A stretch of DNA of 64,000 nucleotides from a virus (lineage: Duplodnaviria; Caudoviricetes). This document shows, in pieces, positions 36,966 through 46,860 of this stretch (the first letter of the stretch is position 1; each line of letters starts with the position of its first letter). The notes beneath the pieces are model-generated. The model did no database searches. It worked only from the letters and a program-made list of their open reading frames with translations, and was not told where the DNA came from. A program made the position numbers and the translations under genes. The stretch covers positions 1 to 64,000 of IMG/VR virus record IMGVR_UViG_3300020112_000604. One strand, given 5' to 3'.

Positions 36966-39335
36966 ATGGCCAAAGATAATAAACGGGAGTCAAGATCTCA
37001 GCGTGCTAAATATAAACAGCATAACGCTAAGATTAACGCTCTCGCAAAGTTTTTAAATTCAAACGGTGATGGCATCAAACGTACCGTCACATATACAGAC
37101 CCTAAGGACGACAGAGACTACGAGAGAGTAACTTCCGGCATGGAAGATACCCTTGACAGATTGCTCGACGGAATTAATACCGACGGCTCAAGTAATGCCG
37201 GCGGTATGGGTTCATCATCATTAACACATCGTTTTGCGGATAACGGAACAAGCGAAGAAGACATCATTAAAATGCAGAAAGATTTCAACAATCTGTTAGC
37301 ATTATCAGCTAACGATAGTTCATTCTTATCTGGTATGGCTAATGATGACTTAGTTGAACATGACTTACGTATCGACACAGTGCTGCATTACTGTCCTAAG
37401 CTTGATGAAGCTCTTAATGCTAAAGCAGACTGTATTCTTTCAGCTGACCATTTTGATAGAACGTTTATCAACGTTACATCCGAATCATCTGCAGAGCAGG
37501 AAGAATCCGTATTCAATCAGCGTGTTTCTGAACTCATGGAAATGCATGAGTTTGAAGATAAAGCCGATGAATGGTATCGTGAAGCAGCTAAGTATGGTGA
37601 GGTATACGTATACCGTGTTCCATTCGACAAAGCTACATCACGTTTACTCCGTGCTAAGGATGCATCCAATATGGCTTTACAGAAAGCATCAATTAATGCT
37701 TGTGGCATTGTTGGTGAAGGTGTAAGCTGTAATTGGTCTAAAGATGAATCTGAAATGATTACTGAGAATTTCGGCGAAGACTTCAGTATTGAAGTCGAAA
37801 TCAATAAGAGCGGATTAATTACTGATGTAGTTAACGAAGCTTACTCTATTCATGAAGCAATGTCTTTCAACGAAAGCATGTGTCTTAGCAGCTTCAATGA
37901 AGTAGCTGACGATTGTGATGGCGAAGCTATATCTGCTATGGGTAGAGCACCTAAGAGAAAGTATGATGTACTTATTCCATCAGATTCGTTAGACTATAAA
38001 TCATTCAACAAAGTAACACGTCACAAAGGTGACAAGGTTACAATCACAGGTGCAGAGGATGGTCTTGTTGATCCATCTAAGACTAGTATTTCAAATTATG
38101 AAATCAATATCCCTGGCACAATAATCAAGAAGTTACCTCGTAAAAACGTTATTCCACGTTATATAGGTGACACTTGCCTTGGATACACATATATTGAATT
38201 ATTAGACACTGCCCGCTCCGAAAACCAAAGAATACGTAACTTCAGGAGCACAATTAATCCTATCAACACAATGACAGGATATACTCAGAACCATCCAGAT
38301 GCTAAGAAAGAGTCTCCGGATGAAGAAGCTGTTAAGTTTATGGCTAAGCGTATTGCTAGTTTCATAGACACAAACTTCGTAAACAACAACCAGGATATCG
38401 CTCAGGATATCTATACAATCCTCAAGTACAATGATGACCTTTGCTCTAACAAGAAAGTTAGAATTACATTCATTCCGCCACAGGATATGTGTCACATATT
38501 CTTCAAACAGGACCCGATTACTCATCGCGGTATTTCGGATATTGAAGACTCTATCGTTCCTGCTACATTATACTCCGCTATGTTTATCACTAACGCTATC
38601 TGGAATCTCACCAGAGGCCAGGATAAGAGAGTATACTACGTAAAGCAGAACGTTGATACAAACACTTCACAGGTGTTACTTAACACCATTGACCAGATTA
38701 AGAAAGGTAATATGGGTATTCGTCAGATTGAGAATATCTCTCATATCCTTAACGTAACTGGTAGATTCAACGATTATCTTATTCCTACATCGGCATCTGG
38801 CGAAGAACCAATGCGTATGGAAATCTTACAGGGACAGACTGTAGAACTGCAGTCTGAACTCATGCAGGTTCTCTTAGAAGCTGCAATTATACCTACAGGT
38901 ATTCCTATGGAATACATCGAACAGAGACGTAGCGTTGAATTCGCTACACAGCTCACTATGTCAAACAACAAGTTCCTTATGATTGTATATAAGCGTCAGA
39001 ACAAGGTGCAGAAGATTCTCACTAAGGAACTTAAGGTTATGTACTTCAACCAGTATGGTGAAACATGTGCTCTTAAGGTTAAACTTCCACCTCCGATGTT
39101 CCTGAACATCACTAACATCAATCAGATCATGATGAACGTAGCTGATATGGCTCAGAAGTTAGTTGAAATCATGGGCGTCGGATACAATGAAGAAATACTT
39201 CCTTATGTACAGAAAGCAATCACTGTTAAGTATCTCGGTACATATATAGACCTTGATGACATTGAAGATATCATGAAGAATGCTGAGCATGAATACATGA
39301 TAGAACACAAGTCGGAGAACGGCGAAGAAATGTAA
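36966..39335 (+). CDS. Portal protein (T4 gp20 / phiKZ-like)
   Basis: WYREAAKYGEVY, TRGQDKRVYYV, NDYLIP, MEILQGQ and TGIPMEYI follow the order of T4 gp20 conserved blocks (RWYVDG, RAPERRIFYID, EDYWLP, ITTLPG, LxVPxSR). Confidence 0.78.
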   Translation: MAKDNKRESRSQRAKYKQHNAKINALAKFLNSNGDGIKRTVTYTDPKDDRDYERVTSGMEDTLDRLLDGINTDGSSNAGGMGSSSLTHRFADNGTSEEDIIKMQKDFNNLLALSANDSSFLSGMANDDLVEHDLRIDTVLHYCPKLDEALNAKADCILSADHFDRTFINVTSESSAEQEESVFNQRVSELMEMHEFEDKADEWYREAAKYGEVYVYRVPFDKATSRLLRAKDASNMALQKASINACGIVGEGVSCNWSKDESEMITENFGEDFSIEVEINKSGLITDVVNEAYSIHEAMSFNESMCLSSFNEVADDCDGEAISAMGRAPKRKYDVLIPSDSLDYKSFNKVTRHKGDKVTITGAEDGLVDPSKTSISNYEINIPGTIIKKLPRKNVIPRYIGDTCLGYTYIELLDTARSENQRIRNFRSTINPINTMTGYTQNHPDAKKESPDEEAVKFMAKRIASFIDTNFVNNNQDIAQDIYTILKYNDDLCSNKKVRITFIPPQDMCHIFFKQDPITHRGISDIEDSIVPATLYSAMFITNAIWNLTRGQDKRVYYVKQNVDTNTSQVLLNTIDQIKKGNMGIRQIENISHILNVTGRFNDYLIPTSASGEEPMRMEILQGQTVELQSELMQVLLEAAIIPTGIPMEYIEQRRSVEFATQLTMSNNKFLMIVYKRQNKVQKILTKELKVMYFNQYGETCALKVKLPPPMFLNITNINQIMMNVADMAQKLVEIMGVGYNEEILPYVQKAITVKYLGTYIDLDDIEDIMKNAEHEYMIEHKSENGEEM

Positions 39336-39348
39336 GAAACACAAACAA

Positions 39349-39382
39349 TCCCCGGTACCTAAGAGGTACCGGGGGTTATTTT
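39349..39382. terminator. Bidirectional terminator
   Basis: CCCCGGTACC-TAAGA-GGTACCGGGG between convergent portal and tail tube genes. Confidence 0.75.
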
Positions 39383-39399
39383 GTTAAACGTATAGTTTA

Positions 39400-40377
39400 T
39401 CAGATTGTAGTTGTTGATGAAGACTCTGTTCCTACAGATACAGGATCCTTACTCATGATTGAGTGTTCACCACCTACGTGGCCATCCTTGTTGCTCATCA
39501 TGTTTGCAACGATATCTGTATGATATCCAGTACCTTCTTCACCACGGTTATCACCCTTAGATGTAAGAATGAACTTCTCTTCATCTGTCTGGAGCTTACC
39601 GAGTTCTGTGTACTCGAATCTTGTTGAGTTAACGATAAGACGTGAGTTTGTCTTGTTTTCAGGATTTCTCATGATTCTAAGAGCTGCAGCAGCCTTAGCA
39701 TCGATAGCGTCATTCTGGAGGCAGAGGCCGTTGAATGTGAGCTGTCTTACTGAGAAGTCGATTTCACCCTTCTTGTGTTCTGAAATGCTGAGGTCAGCTG
39801 TTGTAGGCTGGCAGCAGCAGAAGAGGTGGGCAGCTTCAACACGTGAGAATGTGTTGTCTGTTGTGAAGTAAAGGAATGTGAATACTTCCTTATCAAGACC
39901 TGGCTGTACTTCATCGAAACCGAGTGTGTCGATAAGACCATGGTATGTCTTAGCCTGTGTTTCAAGGTCATGAATACCTGTGAGGTAGTATCTGTGGAAC
40001 TTAGTGAGAGGCATACCTGCTCTTTCATGGTATTCCATAGTAATCTGACCTGCAGCCTGTTCAACCTTATTGATTACAGAGAGTTCTCTGATACCGTTAG
40101 AGATTGTAGCTGTTGAAGTTGTGATATTTTCGATACCGTCAAGTCCGATGAATTCGTTCTCAAGAACGTGGAGGTATGTCTGGATGATTGAACGTACTTC
40201 AGGGCCTTCATAAGCCATAGCACGTCTGATCCACTTTGGATAGTCAATTACGATGAGGAATGGGAAACCTGTCTCGTAGTAGTCGAACTGTTTGAGGTTA
40301 GTCCAGTCAGTTACACCCTTCATGAGGTTGTAGTTGACAACTTCTCTAGGAGTTCTTAAGTTACTGAAAAGTGACAT
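39400..40377 (-). CDS. Tail tube protein
   Basis: Immediately downstream of the sheath gene; high-expression codon bias; tube-like beta pattern (ITMEYHERAG...YLTGIHD...FLYFTTD...QPT). Confidence 0.7.
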   Translation of the reverse strand: MSLFSNLRTPREVVNYNLMKGVTDWTNLKQFDYYETGFPFLIVIDYPKWIRRAMAYEGPEVRSIIQTYLHVLENEFIGLDGIENITTSTATISNGIRELSVINKVEQAAGQITMEYHERAGMPLTKFHRYYLTGIHDLETQAKTYHGLIDTLGFDEVQPGLDKEVFTFLYFTTDNTFSRVEAAHLFCCCQPTTADLSISEHKKGEIDFSVRQLTFNGLCLQNDAIDAKAAAALRIMRNPENKTNSRLIVNSTRFEYTELGKLQTDEEKFILTSKGDNRGEEGTGYHTDIVANMMSNKDGHVGGEHSIMSKDPVSVGTESSSTTTI

Positions 40378-40398
40378 ATATTTAGCACCCCTTTCTTA

Positions 40399-43300
40399 TT
40401 AAACCGCATCGTTGTTGAGTACAGTTACCTTGATGATTTCAGACTGGCTGAATGGTTTGAACTGTACTTCAAGAGCGCCGTAGAAGATCTTGTTCTTAGC
40501 ATATGCTTCGTCTTCGATGTACTTGAATCTGAGTGTAGCGAAGTACTGAGCGTACTGGTCAATAACGCCGTCCTGAACGTCAGCCTTGTACTGAGCGAGT
40601 GAGTCGCTGTCCATGAAGCCGTATCTTGTGATTGAAGGAAGCTTTTCACGAATCTTCTTCATGATTGTCTGTACTGTCATAACGTTGTTAACGTATGAGA
40701 GTTCAGAATCCTTGTCGTAAGTTGTGAAGAGTGTTTCCATTGTGAGGACACCGTTGAGGTATGAAGCGTAGTTAACCTTGATATCGTTCATTTCCTGCTT
40801 CTCGTTTGTGATGCAAGCTGCATCTGAAGGATATGTGTTATCAAGTTCTTCAGGTGTGAATGTTGTGTTTGGATAGATCTTAGGAATGTAGTTAACTGTT
40901 CCTTCGATAGCTTCAGGGAATTCGATCTGATACATCTTACCAGCGAACGGTCTGTTGAAGCCGTTGATGAAGTGGTTAACCATTCTGAGAGCTGCACCCA
41001 TTGTAGCTGTAACAGTGATCTGTCTACCGTCAAATGGGTTCTTCATGTCGTAGAAGAGGTCTGTTACCCAAACAGCACAGTGCTTCAGGTAGAAGTATCT
41101 TGGATCTGTTTCGAGTTCAGCCTTACCAGCTACTGTACCATCCCATGCCATCATATCCTTAATCTGCTGGAGTCCTGAAACTGTTGTACCCATGTCCATG
41201 AATGCAACACAGTCGTTTCTGTAGCAAGCAAGGTTCTGGATATCGAGCTTAACCTGAGCGTTGTCATAGTTAGCATCGAAGATGCAATCGAATGTGTAGA
41301 GATCAAAGTTGTAGATATCCTTTGAGAATACACCTGTAAGAGCTTCGTGCATTGCTGTGTAGAACTTACCCGGATTTTCGTTCATCGATGTGATTGCACC
41401 GTATGAACCGTTCTCGAGTAATGCTGGTGTATGGTAATCGTAGTCGTATGCAAGAGCAGCGTAACCTGTTGGGTTGCTTGAAGTTCTTGGAGAAGCAATA
41501 ATGTACTCCTGTCCTGTAACTGGTGATGTGTAAGCAACCTTGTTCATAGCCTTACCAGAAAGCTGCTTCTTGTTCATGATGTCGTATTCTGAGAATACTG
41601 TTGAAGGAACACCATATTCAGCGAGCTTGTCGATGAGAGCATCCCAAGCATCGTAGTATGAAGATGCATCGATAAGGTTAGAGTTACCTGAAACAACAGT
41701 CTGAACGTCTGTCTTCTTAAGGTTTGTGTTAACGCCGTTAGCATCGATTGAGATTGTCCAGTTTTCGATAGTTGCTGATGTAGCACCGTCGATAACGTTG
41801 AGTGTGTAGATCATCTTGCCGTTTGACTTAGCAAGTGAGTAGTTTGGTTCGATTGAGAAGTACTTGTCTGAAATACCACGACCTGAATCGAAGATTGTGA
41901 AGAGCGGGAAGAGAATACCATCGCTTACCTGAGCACTTGGGTCGTTGTAGAGTCTGTACTTTCTGCTGTCAGAATAGTCCGGATTGTAGATAATAAGTTC
42001 TTCGTCGAACATATCAGGATCAATAACCTGACCCTTGATATCCTTCTGAGCATAACCGTAGAGATATTCCTTATCGTCGTTAACACCCTGATAGAATACA
42101 TCAGTATTTGTGAATGAAACAACGATTGGACGGAGAACAAGGCCTCTTTCTGTTACAGAAATACGTACAACCTTGTCATATTCCTTAACCTTGATACCTG
42201 TTACATCCTTGATATCAATTTCTGTTGTTGGGTCGATTGTATGGATAGCTTCAACGATTGTCTGGCCGCCTTCGTGTTCGTCATCAAGAACGTAGTGAAC
42301 GCCCTTCTTTGTAACGAAATCGCCAACAGCGAAAGGAATTGAAACTGCAGAGTCGTCGATAGCAACGTCAGAAGAAATTGTAGCAACTTCTGTTTCTGAA
42401 AGACCGTCTCTTGCCTTGATAGCTGAAACAACGTTCCAAGACTTGATTGTGTCGAGGAATACGTTAGCGCCGTCTTCTTCATTCTTGTAGTTTTCAACAG
42501 AAAGGCTGTCCTGCGAAATGAATCCAGCTTCGAGAGCCTTTGTCTGACCGATGTATGTTTCAACTTCCTTAACGTAATTGCCTGCCTTGATACCTTCTGT
42601 AGGATCAGTAGCAATCTTACCAGCTGCTGTGAAGTATGCCTTACCCTGGTAGTAAAGAAGTGTTTCTTCTGTTACAAGAGTATAGCCGTCAGCTGCAGAT
42701 GTCTTAACGTCGAGACATGGATATACGTAAACAATATCACCAGGGAATGCTACGTAGAATGGATCACCTGTTTCTGGAGTGATCTGTTCACCTGGAACGA
42801 GACTTGCTTCAACAGCTTCGCCGAGACCTGAATCGTTTGAAAGGATAAAGGTTGGGCCTGAAGGAGCTGTCTTTTCTTCAGCGATAATGAGAATTCTTCC
42901 TGGTGTTGAGTTGTCACATTCAACGTAGAGCTGAGATGTCTTAACTCTCTTACCGAGTGGTGAAGCTGGAAGAACTGTAAGATTTGTATCAATCTTAGCA
43001 AGGTCAACTTCGTTTGCAGCAACAATGTGTGTTGTTGAACGAACTGTGAGAGCTCCTGTGTCTCCTTCAGCTGCTAACTGATAACCAATCTTAGCGTACT
43101 GAATTGTTGACATAGCGAGCATAAGTGTCTTGTTGGCGAGCTTAGCATCGTCAGCAACAATTCTTTTTGAGAACATTTTTGCACCAGCGTTAACACTGAG
43201 GGCAGCCTGGAGAAGTGGCTGGCCGTGCTTGTTGAAGTTTGGTGTGTTATTTGACAGATAAGCCTTAGCCCATGCATCTCCTTCGAGAATTGTGAACTTT

Positions 43301-43422
43301 TCAGGACCTCTGTCAGATGTAAACATTGACATGTACATTGGCTTATTTACTGCACTTGTGTTTGCAATAATCGGCTTGATTACAGAATCGTCACGCAGTA
43401 TAAATTTAGTACCTGGATACAT
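40399..43422 (-). CDS. Contractile tail sheath protein with an internal insertion of about 320 aa
   Basis: N-terminal MYPGTKF, SDRGPE, HGQPL and KRIVADDA; C-terminal LSYVNNV...LEVQFKPFSQSEIIKV; late promoter AACA-TCAAGA-TA (43498-43509). Confidence 0.82.
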   Translation of the reverse strand: MYPGTKFILRDDSVIKPIIANTSAVNKPMYMSMFTSDRGPEKFTILEGDAWAKAYLSNNTPNFNKHGQPLLQAALSVNAGAKMFSKRIVADDAKLANKTLMLAMSTIQYAKIGYQLAAEGDTGALTVRSTTHIVAANEVDLAKIDTNLTVLPASPLGKRVKTSQLYVECDNSTPGRILIIAEEKTAPSGPTFILSNDSGLGEAVEASLVPGEQITPETGDPFYVAFPGDIVYVYPCLDVKTSAADGYTLVTEETLLYYQGKAYFTAAGKIATDPTEGIKAGNYVKEVETYIGQTKALEAGFISQDSLSVENYKNEEDGANVFLDTIKSWNVVSAIKARDGLSETEVATISSDVAIDDSAVSIPFAVGDFVTKKGVHYVLDDEHEGGQTIVEAIHTIDPTTEIDIKDVTGIKVKEYDKVVRISVTERGLVLRPIVVSFTNTDVFYQGVNDDKEYLYGYAQKDIKGQVIDPDMFDEELIIYNPDYSDSRKYRLYNDPSAQVSDGILFPLFTIFDSGRGISDKYFSIEPNYSLAKSNGKMIYTLNVIDGATSATIENWTISIDANGVNTNLKKTDVQTVVSGNSNLIDASSYYDAWDALIDKLAEYGVPSTVFSEYDIMNKKQLSGKAMNKVAYTSPVTGQEYIIASPRTSSNPTGYAALAYDYDYHTPALLENGSYGAITSMNENPGKFYTAMHEALTGVFSKDIYNFDLYTFDCIFDANYDNAQVKLDIQNLACYRNDCVAFMDMGTTVSGLQQIKDMMAWDGTVAGKAELETDPRYFYLKHCAVWVTDLFYDMKNPFDGRQITVTATMGAALRMVNHFINGFNRPFAGKMYQIEFPEAIEGTVNYIPKIYPNTTFTPEELDNTYPSDAACITNEKQEMNDIKVNYASYLNGVLTMETLFTTYDKDSELSYVNNVMTVQTIMKKIREKLPSITRYGFMDSDSLAQYKADVQDGVIDQYAQYFATLRFKYIEDEAYAKNKIFYGALEVQFKPFSQSEIIKVTVLNNDAV

Positions 43423-43534
43423 AGTATCTTCCTCCTTTAATTATAGTCTTAAAAAATATATTTTTTAAAAATATAACCAGAAACCAACATTACTGGTTAT
43501 CTTGATGTTGCTTTATTGGGGCTATCAAGATAAT

Positions 43535-44275
43535 TTAATCCATGAAGAGCTTCTCCAATGGTGATATCTCTGATGTGTCATTTTTCTCAGAAAGTGTTAC
43601 CATTGCCATACATGCTTCATCCCAGTTTTCGGCTGTGATAGCTGTCTGAGGTGATGTATATCTAGGTAATTTCTGAATTGGTACTACTCGGTAGTTAAAC
43701 TTATTTGAGATATCTCCCGATGATCTAAACGGCATAGTTCTGTCTTCTGGTGTTCTGGTAATACCGGCTATCGTTACGCCAATCAACTGCATTGTATTTG
43801 CGTATGATGCGTCATTAAGTTCCATTGAATCCATGAATACATCCTGGAGTTTATCATATGGAAATGTCTGAGTAATTGTCATATTGCCGCCAAGAAACAT
43901 ACGATACACTTCTTCGATATGGTCAGCTTCCATAGGCACCTTTGTGGATGCTATGAGTTCTGAACCCTTCTTGTACTTGAGAAGCCTATAGTCTAATACA
44001 GGTGAATTCTTGGTGAGCTGAACTCCTTTAACCTTTTCCTGAGCGTATGGAACTGTAAGGAAAGCAGATGGAAAGTAGAATCTCTTTAACTTTCCGTATT
44101 TACCATTGGCATCTGCAATGGTATAGTCTAAAAGACCGTACAGTGATATATTATCACCGATTGTTTGTGCGATATTGATGTCAAACCATTTCTCTGGTAC
44201 GAAGAATATGAATTCTCCTTCACCAGTATAGGTGACAACATCGCCTTCTTTCTTGATAAATTTCGGCATGCTCAT
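43535..44275 (-). CDS. Probable virion RNA polymerase subunit corresponding to the extreme C-terminus of beta'
   Basis: YDKLQDVFMDSMELN...MQLIGVTIAGITR...VPIQKLPRYTSPQTAITAEN...SPLEKLF aligns by eye with the C-terminus of the 14591 beta'C protein; late promoter AACT-TTATAT-TA (44292-44303). Confidence 0.55.
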   Translation of the reverse strand: MSMPKFIKKEGDVVTYTGEGEFIFFVPEKWFDINIAQTIGDNISLYGLLDYTIADANGKYGKLKRFYFPSAFLTVPYAQEKVKGVQLTKNSPVLDYRLLKYKKGSELIASTKVPMEADHIEEVYRMFLGGNMTITQTFPYDKLQDVFMDSMELNDASYANTMQLIGVTIAGITRTPEDRTMPFRSSGDISNKFNYRVVPIQKLPRYTSPQTAITAENWDEACMAMVTLSEKNDTSEISPLEKLFMD

Positions 44276-44355
44276 TCGTATCACCCTCCTTTAATATAAA
44301 GTTTTCAAAAAAAAAATAAAGGTGGGGAAGGCAGCTAGCCTTCCCCGAGCTTTAC

Positions 44356-44616
44356 TTACTTGATTTTGAATACCTGCTTAACAACACATCTCAGCATCAT
44401 AATGAGTATAAAGACAGCCACTATAAGCACTGATGTAAAGTCAAACTTTATCAGCTTAGTAAGGAGCGGCCATTTCTCAATTATAAATCCGGATGTGTAT
44501 TCTGCAATCAGTACAGATGCGAGGGCATACAGTACAAAGCGTATTACTTTCTTTGTCAGTTTACCGATAAGTAATGCAAGCAGGATTACTCCTACTATAA
44601 TGAGGCATGTATTCAT
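44356..44616 (-). CDS. Small membrane protein (about 3 TM helices)
   Basis: SD AAGGAG before ATG 44616; hydrophobic segments; last gene of an early operon, followed by a terminator at about 44306-44347. Confidence 0.6.
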   Translation of the reverse strand: MNTCLIIVGVILLALLIGKLTKKVIRFVLYALASVLIAEYTSGFIIEKWPLLTKLIKFDFTSVLIVAVFILIMMLRCVVKQVFKIK

Positions 44617-44617
44617 A

Positions 44618-46012
44618 TTACCACTCCTTAGTATTTTTTGTGATGTCCGGTGCCGGAAGTGTATTGGCCAGTGTGTCAAGGTTCTCAAAGTGATTCTCGA
44701 TAGAACGTTCACCAAGAATCATTCCGAGTGCAATCTTAGACATTAAATTGACATATCTTGCCATAGTTATGTCAGCAAGGTCTTTGCCAAATCTGGTTTT
44801 AAACTTGGACGCATCATGATAGTGATGCATCGTGTTAGTAAGATAACCGAGCTGTGGAGCTAACTCGAAGTATACTGAACGGCTCTTGTCCTTTCCGGTA
44901 TAAAGTCTTCTGTAGTTCTCCATGTGATATCTGATATCCATTGCAGACATGATTCTCATGTCCATGTCTTCAACGTTTCCTATCTTTCCGAAATCGACAT
45001 ATTCTGGTCCGAAAGCAATTAATGACCTTAACGTATTGAAGTTTAAGTCACTGACATACTGAACGTCTACAGTGTTTGCATCAATAGTGTTAATCTGAAT
45101 CATCTTGGTTGAACGTGCTATTACCGAAATGATTCCCTGGTCTTCCACATACTTGTTTGAGATTGACAGCGAATTGTCGTTGTAGAATATTGTGAATTCG
45201 TCTTCAACAATATCGTCGTTAGATAAACTTACAGACATGCCGTAAATGTCATCAATCTTGAATGTCTTGATAAGTGCTCGCTTCTTTGTTTCCAGGTCCT
45301 GGATGAGTGTAACGAATGCGTGTTCAGTTTCATTATAACTGATACGAACAGTCATTCTTGTCTTCCAGTTCTGGTATATCTTGAACATAGAGTCGTCATT
45401 ATCAATACTGTAAGAGATTTTGGTTTCTCTTGCTGGACATGGTTCTTTGTCCGGTTTGTTAGACACGAAGTTGGCACCGATGAAATTTATCAGATCAACC
45501 GTATCTATATTCACAGTGCTTATGTGTGTAGATAAGTCTCCGTTGGATAACTTAATCTGGGTGTTCATAATAATGTCATTAAGTTCATTTCTGTAACCCT
45601 CGATGCTGATATTAGTAGCCGACGGAAGATTCGGATATAAGCATGCTGCGTATGTCCTGAGTTTCTTGTCGATGTTTGCCTGTATTGAACCTGGGGATAC
45701 CTTGAAATCAATAGATTCCGCTGGTTCGCTATTTATCTGAACCGTAGCTTCATTATTATACTCGGTCGGATAATTCAAGAATATTGTGTTAGATGTATTC
45801 GACGAAACTTCGTTAACACAACGTACCGCAGAAGCAGTGTGCTTTTTCTTGTCCCGTACTCTAACACTTGTTATATTTTTACCGAATGCATTACAGTTGA
45901 CATTGCAAACTGTTTTATCATCGCATTCAGTGATTGTTGAAACAAGATTGTCTGCCTGGTATTCTGTAACGGTAAATCCGTTAGATGAAAATGTTTTGTT
46001 TGATAATTTCAT
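44618..46012 (-). CDS. Early hypothetical protein (464 aa, beta-rich)
   Basis: Long ORF with AGGAGG SD. Confidence 0.7.
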   Translation of the reverse strand: MKLSNKTFSSNGFTVTEYQADNLVSTITECDDKTVCNVNCNAFGKNITSVRVRDKKKHTASAVRCVNEVSSNTSNTIFLNYPTEYNNEATVQINSEPAESIDFKVSPGSIQANIDKKLRTYAACLYPNLPSATNISIEGYRNELNDIIMNTQIKLSNGDLSTHISTVNIDTVDLINFIGANFVSNKPDKEPCPARETKISYSIDNDDSMFKIYQNWKTRMTVRISYNETEHAFVTLIQDLETKKRALIKTFKIDDIYGMSVSLSNDDIVEDEFTIFYNDNSLSISNKYVEDQGIISVIARSTKMIQINTIDANTVDVQYVSDLNFNTLRSLIAFGPEYVDFGKIGNVEDMDMRIMSAMDIRYHMENYRRLYTGKDKSRSVYFELAPQLGYLTNTMHHYHDASKFKTRFGKDLADITMARYVNLMSKIALGMILGERSIENHFENLDTLANTLPAPDITKNTKEW

Positions 46013-46042
46013 ACAATTTTTCCTCCTATATTTGTTTTGTGT

Positions 46043-46306
46043 TTATGTGGCTGATACGATATCTACAATCGCAACCATGCCGATATTCATGAGTGTGTAG
46101 AATCTTCTGAAGCCTGCATCAATGCAAAGCTTTCGACCGAATTTCTTTTCGAACGGACGGATGTTTGTAATCTTATATTCTCCCGACAGAATCTTTTCTG
46201 TGATTACGTCGGCATTAAGATGAAACTCCGCTGGAGCCTGGACAATTTTAAAGCCTTCAAATGTGCCACTTGCTACTATAACACTGTCTACAATGTGCTC
46301 TCCCAT
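46043..46306 (-). CDS. Small early hypothetical protein
   Basis: AGGAGG SD; operon context. Confidence 0.6.
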   Translation of the reverse strand: MGEHIVDSVIVASGTFEGFKIVQAPAEFHLNADVITEKILSGEYKITNIRPFEKKFGRKLCIDAGFRRFYTLMNIGMVAIVDIVSAT

Positions 46307-46318
46307 AATGAATTCCTC

Positions 46319-46813
46319 CTATTCATTAAAGCTGTATTCGAAAAATGTAACATACGCATTGTCATGCGTAAATATTGAATGGTTGAAGATATTGTGTAAT
46401 GACGCATCGAAACACAATCTCTTCTCAGGTTTGATTACGTAGTCAAGACCCTCTGCTGGCAGTGGGTTTTGTCTCCACGTTATTTTAGGTTCATCGTCGT
46501 GCATGTCATAAATCATAATATCGATTTTGCTGACATCAACAGTGTCGATGTTTCGGATATCGAATGATACCCAATTGAATTCCTTTTCGGTGATAGAACA
46601 CCACACATCTGGAAGTGTCATGAACTCTTCATCGAAATTTTCCGTTAGATACACATTACGTGTACTAATTTGCGTTATACCTGCACAAGGAGATACAAAA
46701 TCTGTGGCAAGTATATCTTTAATGATTGGGTCTGGGTCCGGATAATTGTATACCGGATGGTCTGTTACTAGGATGCCTAAGTGACTTCCTTCAAGTTTAC
46801 CTACGCGAATCAT
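46319..46813 (-). CDS. Early hypothetical protein
   Basis: AAAGGAGG SD; first gene after the early promoter. Confidence 0.65.
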   Translation of the reverse strand: MIRVGKLEGSHLGILVTDHPVYNYPDPDPIIKDILATDFVSPCAGITQISTRNVYLTENFDEEFMTLPDVWCSITEKEFNWVSFDIRNIDTVDVSKIDIMIYDMHDDEPKITWRQNPLPAEGLDYVIKPEKRLCFDASLHNIFNHSIFTHDNAYVTFFEYSFNE

Positions 46814-46830
46814 ATTTGATTCCTCCTTTC

Positions 46831-46856
46831 TATCCTAATAATATATAATTGAGAAT
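46831..46856 (-). promoter_or_regulatory. Early promoter
   Basis: Minus-strand TTCTCAATTATATATTATTAGGATA. Confidence 0.65.
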
Positions 46857-46860
46857 ATGA

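Noticed and set aside
44356-44616. Holin call for the small 3-TM protein
   Set aside because: It lies in an early operon with no adjacent endolysin; topology alone is insufficient.
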